Shown here in pieces: positions 8,962 to 19,463 of a stretch of DNA of 64,000 nt; the first letter of the stretch is position 1; each line of letters begins with the position of its first letter. The position numbers and the translations under genes are program-made. Source of the stretch: Gammaproteobacteria bacterium (GTDB taxonomy: Bacteria > Pseudomonadota > Gammaproteobacteria > Eutrophobiales > Eutrophobiaceae); NCBI GenBank assembly GCA_965222155.1, contig CBDCTH010000012.1, positions 2,272,001-2,336,000 on the forward strand. Reading direction: 5' to 3'. Below the pieces are notes generated by a model. It saw nothing but the letters and a program-made list of their open reading frames with translations, did not search any database and was not told the DNA's origin.

Positions 8962-10134
8962 TCAGTCCCGACGCATACGGTCGGACGTTGCTATAGGTGT
9001 GCGGTAACGGAGGACCACGATACAGGATGAAACTAAAAACGTAATTAATGTCGCTAGTTGAATCAGGTACGAGGTCTCCTGCTGAATAAATCGCGCCTCA
9101 ACCGCCAGTATTGCGATCAGGAAGGAAAACTCGCTTATCTGTCCCAACCGGTAACCCACTTCCCTGGAAATTGCCCGTTTTTCATGGGCTTTGACGAACA
9201 GCTTCTCGAAGATCACGGGCTTTATGACCAGGGCACAGGCTGCTAGAGCTGCCGCCGGAAGGATAATTTCGGAGATAATATCCAGGTTGAAGCTGGCGCC
9301 CATCGAGAAGAAAAACAGCACCAGGAAGAAATCCCGTAACGGCTTTAATTTCATGGTGATAAACAGCGCAATAGGGCTGGACGCTAACGTTATCCCGGCG
9401 ATGAACGCGCCGATCTCGCGGGACAGGCCCAGCATGACCGCCACCTCTGCGATTGCCAGACACCAGGCAATCGCCAGCAAAAAAATATATTCGTGGATTT
9501 GATCAAACCGGTTGATCAACCTGACAATGACGTATCGCTCAAAGAACCAGGAAATGAAGATCAATACCGGCAGGGCCAGCAATTGCATGGTGATATCGAC
9601 CAGTAAATTTTCGTTTTTACCGTATCCCTGCAACATCAGTAAAATAATAATCGCTACCAGGTCCTGGATTAACAATACACTGATGATGATCTGTCCCGTA
9701 TGGCGATGGTGTAGCGCGGTGGTGGGCAATAGCTTCACGCCGATAATGGTGCTGGAAAACATCATGATGGAACCGACCAACATCGCCTCGGACAGCGGGT
9801 AACTGAAACCATAGGCTATGGCAAAACCCGCAATGAAAAACAAGACCGAACTCAGTAATGTCACCCACAGCGCCTCTCCCAGCATTTTCCACAATTCCTG
9901 GGGGAACAGGTCCAGCCCGAGCAGGTAGAGCAGGAACACGATGCCGATATGCGAGATATCAGCAATCAATTCGGGATCATCAACCAGGCCCATGCCCCAG
10001 GGTCCCAGTATGACACCAAGGACAATATACGCGACGATCACAGCCTGGCGCGTGTATAACGCGAGGGTCGCGAGTATCGCGGCCCCTGTAAAAATCAGGA
10101 AAATTGAAAATTCGATACCGGGAGAAGTCATCAT
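8962..10134 (-). CDS. Cation:proton antiporter (CPA2/KefC-type membrane domain)
   Basis: GVILGP.G, IGIVFLLYLLGL, FSSTIIGVK, LLIQD, GAFIAG, PLRDFF..LFF..G, QISEFS. Confidence 0.88.
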   Translation of the reverse strand: MMTSPGIEFSIFLIFTGAAILATLALYTRQAVIVAYIVLGVILGPWGMGLVDDPELIADISHIGIVFLLYLLGLDLFPQELWKMLGEALWVTLLSSVLFFIAGFAIAYGFSYPLSEAMLVGSIMMFSSTIIGVKLLPTTALHHRHTGQIIISVLLIQDLVAIIILLMLQGYGKNENLLVDITMQLLALPVLIFISWFFERYVIVRLINRFDQIHEYIFLLAIAWCLAIAEVAVMLGLSREIGAFIAGITLASSPIALFITMKLKPLRDFFLVLFFFSMGASFNLDIISEIILPAAALAACALVIKPVIFEKLFVKAHEKRAISREVGYRLGQISEFSFLIAILAVEARFIQQETSYLIQLATLITFLVSSCIVVLRYRTPIATSDRMRRD

Positions 10135-10242
10135 GGGATATAAAATACCATGATTATCCGCAGATTACGCCGATGAGCGCAGATTTGTTATGCCACCGTC
10201 AGGGCATTTAAGATTCTGCCGCAGGGAGTAGAAATCCACCTT

Positions 10243-10273
10243 GTCGTCATTCCCGCGAAAGCGGGAATCCAGT
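10243..10273. repeat. dRS3/REP-like palindrome GTCATTCCCGCGAAAGCGGGAATCCAG
   Basis: Family members at 17246, 22561, 22621, 34575, 40774, 40841, 52243, 57020, 58480, 63403 and 63465. Confidence 0.85.
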
Positions 10274-10308
10274 TGAAAAAAAGATACCTTACGGCAAAAG
10301 AAATCGAG

Positions 10309-10413
10309 CATTTTACCCCCAAATTGGCCCTTTTAAGCTCATTTATAGCCATGTATTAGTATTTATTTATAGTAAATTCAATGGGTTATACCGGCTTATA
10401 CTGGTCCGACCCT
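10309..10413. repeat. 105-bp AT-rich direct repeat, copy 1
   Basis: Near-identical to 11816-11920; ends in TATACTGGTCCGACCCT; contains the ampG stop codon. Confidence 0.9.
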
Positions 10414-11781
10414 AGCAAATAACTCTGTGTCTTCTGTGGCTTGACCGTTTTTCATCAGATAGATAATCAGCAATAGCGCTGGCGCGCCCAGCAAACCGGC
10501 ATACAGGAAGAAGTACGCATAACCGGCTGCCTCGACCATAATACCGGAAAAACCGCCGATAATTTTTGCCGGCAACGTCATCAGGGAGGAAAACAAAGCA
10601 TATTGAGTGGCGGTATAAGTGGTATTCGTCAGGCTGGAGAGGTAGGCGATGAAGGCCGACGTGGCAAAACCGCCGCTCAGGTTATCAACGCTGATAACAG
10701 TTGCCAGACTGACGAGATTCGGTTCACTGACGGCCAACCAGACGAAGAACAAATTGGTTATGGGCACCAGTATGGCCCCCAGCAACAACGGTTTGTAAAT
10801 CCCGTAACGTAACACGAATACCCCGCCTAATCCTGCGCCGACGATGGTCATGAAAAATCCGTAAATCTTGGTGATATTCGCAATCTCGACCTTGCTGAAA
10901 CCCAGGTCCAGGTAAAACGGATTAGCCATTACCCCCATAGTGATATCGCTGAGCCGGAACGTCCCGATGAGCAGCAGGATCAGTAAGGCCAATAACCCGT
11001 TTCTCTTGAAAAACTCGACAAAAGGGCTGACCACGGCACCGGTGAACCAGGCAGCCAGCCAGGCAATACGACGCCCATTTTTTTTCAGGCCCATTTTCCG
11101 CGCCAATTCATTTTCCAATTGCCCGGTGGCCTCAGAGGCCGGGTGGGCGGGTTCAGCAATAATCAGTGTCGTTATTATGCCTATGCCCATCAGACAGGCC
11201 ATGCTGAAATATGCGTATTGCCAGGTCTGGGCCGCGGCAATATAGAATGCACCGGCGCCGGCTACAAGCAGGGCCACCCGATAGCCGAATACATAGCTGG
11301 CCGCCATTGCCCCCTGTAATAATCTGTCTACCGCCTCAATACGATAAGCATCAATAGTAATATCCTGGGTCGCCGAGCCGAATGCAACCAACAGGGCAAA
11401 GAGCGCGAGCTGCTGTAACTGTGACTGGGGGTCGGACAAGGCCATGCCTGCGAGACCTAATGCAATCAGGAACTGGGCAGACAACATCCATGAGCGCCTT
11501 TTACCCATCCGGTCGGTAAGGATAAAAATCGGCGCCCGGTCAACCACCGGCGCCCAGAATACCTTGATAGAGTAGGTAATGCCTATCCAGCTGAAGAAAC
11601 CGATGGTGGATAAAGCCAGTCCTGAGTCCCGTAGCCAGGCCGACAAGGTGGAAAACACCAGGAGAAAAGGCAGTCCGGCGGAAAACCCGAGAAAACTCAT
11701 GGCAATGACGCGGGGCCGGCTGTATACCGCCAGTGCGCTGCGCCAGTCCCTGCCGGTTATATCGATCATGCCGCTATTCAT
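10396..11781 (-). CDS. ampG: Muropeptide MFS transporter AmpG
   Basis: LGFSAGLPFLL, K.FWAP.VD, GKRRSW, SATQDI.IDAYRIE, TATQYALFSSL. Confidence 0.93.
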   Translation of the reverse strand: MNSGMIDITGRDWRSALAVYSRPRVIAMSFLGFSAGLPFLLVFSTLSAWLRDSGLALSTIGFFSWIGITYSIKVFWAPVVDRAPIFILTDRMGKRRSWMLSAQFLIALGLAGMALSDPQSQLQQLALFALLVAFGSATQDITIDAYRIEAVDRLLQGAMAASYVFGYRVALLVAGAGAFYIAAAQTWQYAYFSMACLMGIGIITTLIIAEPAHPASEATGQLENELARKMGLKKNGRRIAWLAAWFTGAVVSPFVEFFKRNGLLALLILLLIGTFRLSDITMGVMANPFYLDLGFSKVEIANITKIYGFFMTIVGAGLGGVFVLRYGIYKPLLLGAILVPITNLFFVWLAVSEPNLVSLATVISVDNLSGGFATSAFIAYLSSLTNTTYTATQYALFSSLMTLPAKIIGGFSGIMVEAAGYAYFFLYAGLLGAPALLLIIYLMKNGQATEDTELFARVGPV

Positions 11782-11815
11782 TCACGGGTTTATACTGGTC
11801 CTACCCTAGAAATCC

Positions 11816-11920
11816 CATTTTACCCTAAAATAGACCCTTTTAAGCTCACTTATAGCCATGTATTGGTATTTATTTATAGTATATTCAATGGGTTATATGG
11901 GTTTATACTGGTCCGACCCT
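11816..11920. repeat. 105-bp AT-rich direct repeat, copy 2
   Basis: Near-identical to 10309-10413; shorter 3' remnants at about 11786-11807 and 17351-17370. Confidence 0.9.
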
Positions 11921-13623
11921 CACAGTTCCAATTCTTCCTCGGGCATGTGGTGCCTGGGGTGTACCGGGCGCATGAAGGCATTGCTTACCAATGCGATGGC
12001 GAGCAGCAGGGCCATGAGATACATGGTGCCGTTATACAGGTTTGTAGTCGGGTCGACCGTACCAGCCGGAGCGATGTCCATCAAGCTGGCTATGGTCACA
12101 GTCTTTGCCTGCACCAATGCAGGTAACTGATCGATGCTGGCGCCGAATGCTTCGGCAAAAGCAGCCGGATCAATTTTGCCGACCAGGTCGTCAATGGCCC
12201 TGGTTACGGCGTTTTCCCGCAGTGACGTGATTGCCAGGGGACCCAGTACGCCGGCGGTACTCCAGGCGGTCAACAGGCGGCCGTGGATACCCCCAACGTA
12301 CTTCGTCCCGAAAATGTCTGCCAGGTAGGCCGGGATAGTGGCGAAGCCGCCGCCGTACATGGTAAAGATGATCATGGTGGCGGCGTAGAAATACACCAGC
12401 CAGACCACCGTGGGACTGACACTGACCTGCTGGGCGGTATATGGGATGGAGCAATAAAGCAGAATACCCAGCGCAAAGAATATCCAGTAGGTATTGCGCC
12501 GCCCGATGTAATCCGAGGTGCTGGCCCAGATAAACCGCCCGACCATGTTGAATACGCTGATCATGACCACGTAGGTCGCGGCAAACGCCCCGTCAACGAT
12601 ATGCGGCAAGGTTGTACCGAATATCTCGGTCATCATGGTCTTGGCCACGCCCAGCACGCCGATACCGGCGGTAACGTTAAAACAAAGCACGATCCATAAC
12701 TGGTAAAACTGCCGTGTTTTCAAGGCCTGGTCTATGTCCACGTGGTTGCTCGTCATCATCTTCTTTTCCGCGTGGGCCTCATCCGGGGGAGTCCAGCCTG
12801 CCGGTTGCCAGCCCGGAGCAGGGAGCCGGTAGGAAAACGCCGCGATCATCATGACAATGAAATAAATTACGCCCATGGTGAAGAACGTCGGGGCAACGCC
12901 GACCGAACCGGTGCCGACCAGGTAAACGCCCTCCGCTCCCGGAAGCACCATCTGCGCCAACTCGTTGGCGCCGACAACAACTACTTCACGCAGTTCCCCA
13001 CCGATTTCCACGAAACGCCGCCCTGCCCTGGTAATCAGTTCGAGGTCGGTAACCGCACCCAGGTATTCGGGAGCCTTATAGTAAAACTGGATAAAAAACT
13101 CCTTCAAGGGCGCGCCGATCATGGCGCCGCCGCCAAAACCCATTATCGCCATGCCGGCAGCCATACCGCGCCGGTCCGGGAACCAGCGGATCAGCGTGCT
13201 GACGGGTGACACATAACCCAGGCCCAGGCCGCAACCGCCCAACACCCCGTAACCCAGGTACAGCAGCCATAACTGATGGGTTACGATACCCATGCCGCCG
13301 ATGATGAAACCGCCGCCCCAGCAGCAGGCCGATACCACGCCCACCATGCGCGGACCCACCTGTTCCAGCCACCTGCCGGCGATAGCTGCCGCCAGCCCCA
13401 GGAACACAATCGACACGGTAAATATCCACACGACGCTCTTCAGGGACCAGTCATCGGCGGCGCTCACCACTACCCCGATCTGTTTTACCAGGGCGGGATT
13501 GAAGATGCTCCAGGCATATACCGAACCGATACAAAGATGAATGCCCAGAGCCGCCGGGACGATCAACCAGCGATTGAATCCGGGTTTTGCGATAATATGT
13601 TGCCTGGACAGGATGCCCGCCAT
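11920..13623 (-). CDS. OFA-family MFS transporter (oxalate/formate/monocarboxylate)
   Basis: GFNRWL.VPAAL.IHLCIG.VYAWS, GYVSPVSTLIRWFPDRRGMA.GMAIMGFGGGA, YGGGFATIPAYLADIFG, IHGRLLTAWS. Confidence 0.9.
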   Translation of the reverse strand: MAGILSRQHIIAKPGFNRWLIVPAALGIHLCIGSVYAWSIFNPALVKQIGVVVSAADDWSLKSVVWIFTVSIVFLGLAAAIAGRWLEQVGPRMVGVVSACCWGGGFIIGGMGIVTHQLWLLYLGYGVLGGCGLGLGYVSPVSTLIRWFPDRRGMAAGMAIMGFGGGAMIGAPLKEFFIQFYYKAPEYLGAVTDLELITRAGRRFVEIGGELREVVVVGANELAQMVLPGAEGVYLVGTGSVGVAPTFFTMGVIYFIVMMIAAFSYRLPAPGWQPAGWTPPDEAHAEKKMMTSNHVDIDQALKTRQFYQLWIVLCFNVTAGIGVLGVAKTMMTEIFGTTLPHIVDGAFAATYVVMISVFNMVGRFIWASTSDYIGRRNTYWIFFALGILLYCSIPYTAQQVSVSPTVVWLVYFYAATMIIFTMYGGGFATIPAYLADIFGTKYVGGIHGRLLTAWSTAGVLGPLAITSLRENAVTRAIDDLVGKIDPAAFAEAFGASIDQLPALVQAKTVTIASLMDIAPAGTVDPTTNLYNGTMYLMALLLAIALVSNAFMRPVHPRHHMPEEELEL

Positions 13624-13753
13624 GTTGTCTCCTTATTTATTTTAACCGCTCTAAATTCTGTTTACTTCCCAACTGTCATCATGCTCCGCCTGGTCAGGAA
13701 ATCCGTGGGGCTATTGTAACGTGAAAAGGAACGTGGATAGAAATGAGTTAGCG

Positions 13754-14629
13754 TCAGCGTTGGTGACCCTGAATATACTCCCTCTTCAACTTCTCTATAA
13801 AAACCATTTGTTCCGACTTTATCAACTCCTTGTCAACGTCGTCGGCAAAACGACTGATATAGTCACCCCCCTGTGGAAATTTCTTCCATTTATTGCCTGT
13901 AGAAAACGCAAAAACGTCGGCGCTCCGTATATCCAGTTTCACTTTCCCGTCTGATAAATCAGCCAAATGCCCGGCAATGCTTGATAAAGCCTTTATCCTG
14001 GGTTTGTCCAGCCGATCGAATTCCAATACGCGAAAGATATCGTTGCCCTGCTCATAAGTATAACCAACAGATTCAACCCTATTTAAATACCCCATCATCA
14101 TGCCAAAAAGCAACCGCGCAGATATCGGATTCAGGTAGTCTTTACTGCCAACGTCAAAGACAGTGTGTATGACAGCAGGCTGTATACCTTTATCAACGGG
14201 CACATGGCACAACAAGAGAACACTGTCCTGAAAATAGATATAGCCGATCATTGATGCCAGGGAAATAATGTCTTCACCGGTAGAATTCGCGGCCATATTC
14301 AGGCGGGCATTGATGGAAGTGCCGGATACGCCCTTGTAGCCACCCTGAGTAATCAGTATATCCCGGAATTTTATTTTGTTAACGAGGCTGGGGCTGATAG
14401 CCAGGATTGCTTCAAGACGTTTACTCTCGGTCCGTGACAGTGCTTTCCGTTGTTCCCAGCTCAATTCGGAAACCGCTTCAAAAACTGTTTTCTCTATCTG
14501 GCCGGCCGTATCTCTGTTTGGGAATACTTCGTAGAATATTTCACAATCAGGGTTTGATAATTTGTCTGCGGCGGCAAAAACAGTTATTGGAAAAAGAAGA
14601 AGTATGCTTATTCTTGCCAGGCTGGGCAT
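13754..14629 (-). CDS. Hypothetical exported protein
   Basis: 291-aa ORF with a signal-peptide-like N-terminus, co-oriented downstream of the TonB receptor; family not recognised. Confidence 0.7.
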   Translation of the reverse strand: MPSLARISILLLFPITVFAAADKLSNPDCEIFYEVFPNRDTAGQIEKTVFEAVSELSWEQRKALSRTESKRLEAILAISPSLVNKIKFRDILITQGGYKGVSGTSINARLNMAANSTGEDIISLASMIGYIYFQDSVLLLCHVPVDKGIQPAVIHTVFDVGSKDYLNPISARLLFGMMMGYLNRVESVGYTYEQGNDIFRVLEFDRLDKPRIKALSSIAGHLADLSDGKVKLDIRSADVFAFSTGNKWKKFPQGGDYISRFADDVDKELIKSEQMVFIEKLKREYIQGHQR

Positions 14630-14669
14630 TATTTATCCCCGATTATGAAACAGGAAGGAACCGACGTTC

Positions 14670-14712
14670 AAAAAACAACTGCGCTATTGATTTCATGGAT
14701 CAATAGCGCAGT
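14670..14712 (-). terminator. Rho-independent terminator of the TonB receptor gene
   Basis: 14-bp stem ACTGCGCTATTGAT/ATCAATAGCGCAGT followed by a T-rich tract on the minus strand. Confidence 0.7.
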
Positions 14713-14721
14713 CAGAAAGCT

Positions 14722-17169
14722 TTAGTAACTGAAACTTGTCCTCAGGTAAATGAAGCGGCCATTAACGCCGATCGGTGAGAGAACATCGTATGGCAAATTG
14801 CCAAAATAGCTGATATCGAATATCGATTCGTCCGGATATTCATCAAACAGGTTGTTACCCCCTGCTGAAACACGCCAGTTATCAGTAATTGCATATTCAA
14901 TATCGGCATCAACAGACCATTCAGCACCATAGACCTGCTGTGGCTCAAAACCACCGCCGAAATCAAATATACGCTCCGTTTTTCCGAAACGTGTTGCTCT
15001 CACCAAGGCAGAAATGGTTTCGTTGGACCATGAACCAGTGAGAATCAGCTTATCTTCGGGTGATGCCGTCTCATAGGTATTCTGCTCTTCGATACCAATA
15101 ATCACTCGATTCGGATTATTGACAATATCGGTTTCGGTGTTGTTATACGCAGCTGAGAGACTCCAGCCCTCGTGCCTGTAGGATGCAACCACGTCAAAGC
15201 CGGAGGTTTCAGTATCTGCAACATTGGTAAAAAACCGGACTCCGCCAACACCGGCTACACCTGTTACGGGTATATTCTGAGAGAGTGCAATACGATCATC
15301 GATATCCACTTCGTAGTAATCAAAGGTCAGACCAAGACCGTTTTCATGGAACCAGGTAAAACCGACGCTTATACTCAATGATTCTTCAGCATCAAGAGCC
15401 TCTGCTCCATTCTCCTGGGCCACCGGATCAGTCACGGGCAAACTCAATGTTCTTACCAGGGCGCCCCCGGTACCGTAACTGGTCGTCGTACCGGTAAAAA
15501 AGGCCTGCGCGAGAGAAGGCGCCCTGAATCCGGTGCTGACACTTCCGCGAATGGCGAAGCCCGGGAATAGTTCATAACGAGCCGCAGCTTTACCATTAAC
15601 CGTATCGCCGAAATCATCATAATCTTCAAATCTGCCTGCCACCGAGAACAGAATATCTTCAGTAATATCAAACTCCAGGTCGATATAGGCCGAATAGGAA
15701 AATCGATCCTCATCGACTTCATCGGAAGGCTGCAATCCCGAACCGCTCTGCGCGCCGATCTTGGCCGTATCACTATTACCGAAGGTGACACAGACCGCAC
15801 AGGCTACGGCAGTACCTGCGATATAAGATTCCGGGTCACCTGCCTCCGTGCTGTAATCCTCAAATCGAAACTCCAGGCCTGCGGCGACATTTACCGGGAT
15901 AGCGCCGAACTCCATCCCTTTGGAAACATCAAAATTCAGCACAGTCTGCGAATATTCATACTCGCCCCTGTAAAATTCAGTCGGACTCGCAGCACCCAGC
16001 GATGAATTAATAGTGTTCTTTACACCGTCGGAAAACTTATTGGAACCGTGTACTACGCTCGCATCAATCAGCCAGCCACCGGACAACTCGCCGGTTATAC
16101 CGCCGGCAACAGAGAAGTCAGTGATATCTACGTCACTTAACGGCATAAACCCGTTAGGATATACTGAAGCAATTGTATTTGCGCTGACCGGATAACGAAA
16201 GAAATTGTAGCCTTCTCCATCACGCTCCGAGTAACTGCCAAAACTGTATAACTCAAATCCTGAACTCAAATCGTAGCCGGCGTTATACATCAGGTTGATA
16301 TCACTTGATTCCCCATCGCCCTCACGATAGTTTCGCATGCCTGCCAGAGCATCGTTCGGGGCGGCCTCCGGTGTCCCGCTGGAAGGGATCGGCGCGATGA
16401 ATTCAGCAAAACCAATCGTCGGCAGCTGGTCGAAACCTGAGCGGTTAGTCGACGATCTGTCACGATATTCCGCACTGAGGTTAAGGTAACCGTTGGCGAA
16501 AGAAAACCCATGATTTGCACTGACAGTGACTGTTTGTCCGTCTGAGATATCCTCATCAACCGGTTTCAGATCAGTGACATGGCCCCCGTACGAAACCGAG
16601 ATATTTCCCCCTTCGGCATTATCTTTCAGGACGATGTTAATGACTCCGGCAATGGCATCCGAACCGTACTGGGCTGCTGCGCCATCCCGTAATACTTCAA
16701 TGCGTTCAATCGCACTGGTGGGGATATTATTAAAATCCACTGCTGCACTGCCTCTGCCTACCTTCGATTCAGTACTGATTACCGAATTAACGTGGCGTCG
16801 CTTTCCATTAACCAGAACCAGCACCTGATCAGGACTTAAACCCCTTAATTGCGCTGATCTGACAATATCGGTCTGACCGGAGTTGGATTGGCGCGGCATG
16901 CTGAAAGAAGCAACGGCAGCTTGTAACAAGCCACCCAGTTCTCCGGCAATATTGGGCGATCTGACCAGGTCATCGGCTGTAATGATATCCACCGGGACAA
17001 GGCTGTCCTCAATACCGCGGGCCTGAGAACGAGTGCCGATGGTAACGATTTCCTCAAGCTCGGTATCTGCAGCAGACTGGGATTCCTGTGCATCCAGCTG
17101 AAATGTACAGATATTCAGTGATACTAAGGTGATAGCTGGAAGCGTTATCAGGCTATTCGATAACTTCAT
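14722..17169 (-). CDS. TonB-dependent outer membrane receptor
   Basis: Signal peptide, LEEIVTIGTR TonB box, plug LRGL..DQVLVLVNGKRRH, IERIEVLRDGAAAQYGSDAIAGVINIVL, terminal aromatic residue. Confidence 0.95.
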   Translation of the reverse strand: MKLSNSLITLPAITLVSLNICTFQLDAQESQSAADTELEEIVTIGTRSQARGIEDSLVPVDIITADDLVRSPNIAGELGGLLQAAVASFSMPRQSNSGQTDIVRSAQLRGLSPDQVLVLVNGKRRHVNSVISTESKVGRGSAAVDFNNIPTSAIERIEVLRDGAAAQYGSDAIAGVINIVLKDNAEGGNISVSYGGHVTDLKPVDEDISDGQTVTVSANHGFSFANGYLNLSAEYRDRSSTNRSGFDQLPTIGFAEFIAPIPSSGTPEAAPNDALAGMRNYREGDGESSDINLMYNAGYDLSSGFELYSFGSYSERDGEGYNFFRYPVSANTIASVYPNGFMPLSDVDITDFSVAGGITGELSGGWLIDASVVHGSNKFSDGVKNTINSSLGAASPTEFYRGEYEYSQTVLNFDVSKGMEFGAIPVNVAAGLEFRFEDYSTEAGDPESYIAGTAVACAVCVTFGNSDTAKIGAQSGSGLQPSDEVDEDRFSYSAYIDLEFDITEDILFSVAGRFEDYDDFGDTVNGKAAARYELFPGFAIRGSVSTGFRAPSLAQAFFTGTTTSYGTGGALVRTLSLPVTDPVAQENGAEALDAEESLSISVGFTWFHENGLGLTFDYYEVDIDDRIALSQNIPVTGVAGVGGVRFFTNVADTETSGFDVVASYRHEGWSLSAAYNNTETDIVNNPNRVIIGIEEQNTYETASPEDKLILTGSWSNETISALVRATRFGKTERIFDFGGGFEPQQVYGAEWSVDADIEYAITDNWRVSAGGNNLFDEYPDESIFDISYFGNLPYDVLSPIGVNGRFIYLRTSFSY

Positions 17170-17245
17170 TTTATTTACTCCTGATAGTTTCTTGGATAAT
17201 GCCTGGATATGGCGCCATTCTACATAAAATAAGGAATGTTATCCA

Positions 17246-17335
17246 CTGGATGCCGGGTCAAGCCCGGCATGACGTCAGGGCGGCGGGATGGCATGACGTC
17301 GGGGCGGCGGGATGGCATGACGTCAGGGCGGCGGG
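17246..17335. repeat. REP-like palindrome followed by three 24-bp tandem copies of its outer end
   Basis: CTGGATGCCGGGTCAAGCCCGGCATGACG, with GGCATGACGTCRGGGCGGCGGG(AT) at 17266, 17290 and 17314. Confidence 0.85.
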
Positions 17336-17399
17336 GTGTCGGGGCGGGGGGGCTATACTGGTCTGACCCTGGAAGTATTTATTTGCTATACTGTCGAAC

Positions 17400-18398
17400 A
17401 TGAAGCACGAAGACATATTAGTCGATAATTTCGGCCGAACGGTGAACTATGTCCGTATCTCGGTAACGGATCGTTGCGACTTCCGTTGCGTGTACTGCAT
17501 GGACGAAGAAATGCAGTTCGTTCCTCGTGCCAAGTTGCTGTCCCTGGAAGAAATTTTGGTGATCGCCCGGGCTTTTACCGAGCTGGGAGTCAGCAAGATA
17601 CGCATCACCGGCGGCGAACCGTTAATCAGGCGGAATATCACCAAGTTGTTCTATGATATCGGGGAACTGGAAGGCTTGAAGGAACTGACTCTCACCACCA
17701 ATGGCTCGCAATTACCGAAACTGGCAGGCGAACTGAAAGAAGCCGGGGTGAAACGCCTCAACATCAGCCTGGACTCGCTCGACCCGGATAAATTCAGACG
17801 CCTGACCCGCGTCGGTGAACTGGACAAGGTGCTCGCAGGGATAGACGCGGCTGATGCAGCCGGGTTTGAAAAAATCAAGATCAACTCCGTCATTCTGAAA
17901 AACCGCAATGATGATGAAGTACTGGACCTGGTCGGGTTTGCCGCGGGGCGCGGCATGGACATCAGCTTCATCGAAGAAATGCCTCTGGGCGTTATCGGCG
18001 ACCATGACCGGGCCGAGGCCTATTACTCAAGTGATGCAATCAAGGCCGACCTGGAGCAACGCTATACGCTGTTGCCGACCACCGAAACGACCGGCGGTCC
18101 CTCGCGCTATTACAAGATTGTCGAAACCAACACCAAGGTAGGCTTCATCTCACCCCACAGCCATAACTTCTGCGACAGTTGCAACCGGGTCAGGCTCACT
18201 TGCGAGGGCCGCCTGCTGCTCTGTCTCGGCCAGGAACACTCCGTGGACTTGCGCCAAGTCATCAGGACCTATCCCGGCGACATGGACAGGTTAAAACAGG
18301 CATTGCGCGCGTCCATGGACATCAAACCCAAGGGACACGAATTCGATCTCTCAGTCAAACCCGTCATTTTCCGTCATATGAATATGACGGGAGGGTGA
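17400..18398 (+). CDS. moaA: GTP 3',8-cyclase
   Basis: CDFRCVYC radical-SAM motif, RITGGEP, FCDSCNRVRLT..G.L.LCL, C-terminal GG. Confidence 0.97.
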   Translation: MKHEDILVDNFGRTVNYVRISVTDRCDFRCVYCMDEEMQFVPRAKLLSLEEILVIARAFTELGVSKIRITGGEPLIRRNITKLFYDIGELEGLKELTLTTNGSQLPKLAGELKEAGVKRLNISLDSLDPDKFRRLTRVGELDKVLAGIDAADAAGFEKIKINSVILKNRNDDEVLDLVGFAAGRGMDISFIEEMPLGVIGDHDRAEAYYSSDAIKADLEQRYTLLPTTETTGGPSRYYKIVETNTKVGFISPHSHNFCDSCNRVRLTCEGRLLLCLGQEHSVDLRQVIRTYPGDMDRLKQALRASMDIKPKGHEFDLSVKPVIFRHMNMTGG

Positions 18399-18578
18399 GC
18401 CGGATAAAGAAAAAGACACTTAACGTGTCTTTTTCCCGGCGAACGACACAACACGGATGTTGTGGCTGGGGTTTAACGAAGTTGCTGAAGTCGCACCAGG
18501 GATGGTTACTCGATACTTTATAAGCTTGATAAACTCAAGACATCAAAATGATATTCCCGGCGAACACAGTATCAAGTT

Positions 18579-19445
18579 ATGAATAATTCATTATGTCGTC
18601 GGCCGGCAATGACGAATGCCGGTGTCGAGCCTACCATTGCCGTCGATGCGGTTGACGAGTTCCGGAATATCCGGGAAATGAACATCGCCGATGAACGACC
18701 GCTTACCATCTACGTTGACAGCTATGAGATCGTCACCCTGATGACACTCGGGAAGACCCCCGAATTACTAACTCTGGGTTACCTGAAAAACCAGGGCATC
18801 GTTGACGACATCAATGAAATCCGTTCAGTGCAGGTCGATTGGGAGGTGAATGCCGCGGCGGTGACCACCTACTCGGAAAGGGACGACTGGAAAGAACGGC
18901 TGGGACCGAGAATAGTGACGACGGGCTGCGGCCAGGGAACGGTGTACGGCAATATCCTGGAGCAGATTGAGCAGATAGAGTTGCGCGCAACCCGGCTCAA
19001 GCAATCGGATATCTATGCCCTGTTGAAAAACCTGGCGCACTATAACGACGTCTACAAAAGCGCCGGCGCCGTGCATGGCTGCGCTTTATGCGCGGGCACG
19101 GAAGTGGCCGTTTTCATCGAGGACGTGGGTCGTCACAACGCGGTGGACGCCATCGCCGGACAAATGTGGCTCGAAGGCATACCCGGCCATGACAAGCTGT
19201 TTTACACCACGGGTCGCCTGACGTCTGAAATGGTGATGAAAGTGGCGCAAATGGGTATCCCTGCCCTGTTATCCCGTTCGGGGATTACCCAGATGGGACT
19301 CAAGCTCGCCATGGATTTTGGCGTTATCCTGTTCTCCCGGGTCCAGGGGAACCATTTCCTCGTTTACAACGGCGTGGAACACATTGATTTTGACGTGTCC
19401 CTGCCGCCGAAGCGCGCAGTTGCAAACCTGAAGAGCGCCGGCTGA
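18579..19445 (+). CDS. fdhD: Formate dehydrogenase accessory sulfurtransferase
   Basis: E.PLTIY, TTGCGQG, GAVHGCAL, EDVGRHNAVD, TTGRLTSEMV.K. Confidence 0.93.
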   Translation: MNNSLCRRPAMTNAGVEPTIAVDAVDEFRNIREMNIADERPLTIYVDSYEIVTLMTLGKTPELLTLGYLKNQGIVDDINEIRSVQVDWEVNAAAVTTYSERDDWKERLGPRIVTTGCGQGTVYGNILEQIEQIELRATRLKQSDIYALLKNLAHYNDVYKSAGAVHGCALCAGTEVAVFIEDVGRHNAVDAIAGQMWLEGIPGHDKLFYTTGRLTSEMVMKVAQMGIPALLSRSGITQMGLKLAMDFGVILFSRVQGNHFLVYNGVEHIDFDVSLPPKRAVANLKSAG

Positions 19446-19463
19446 ATCACTCTGCGGATCACA

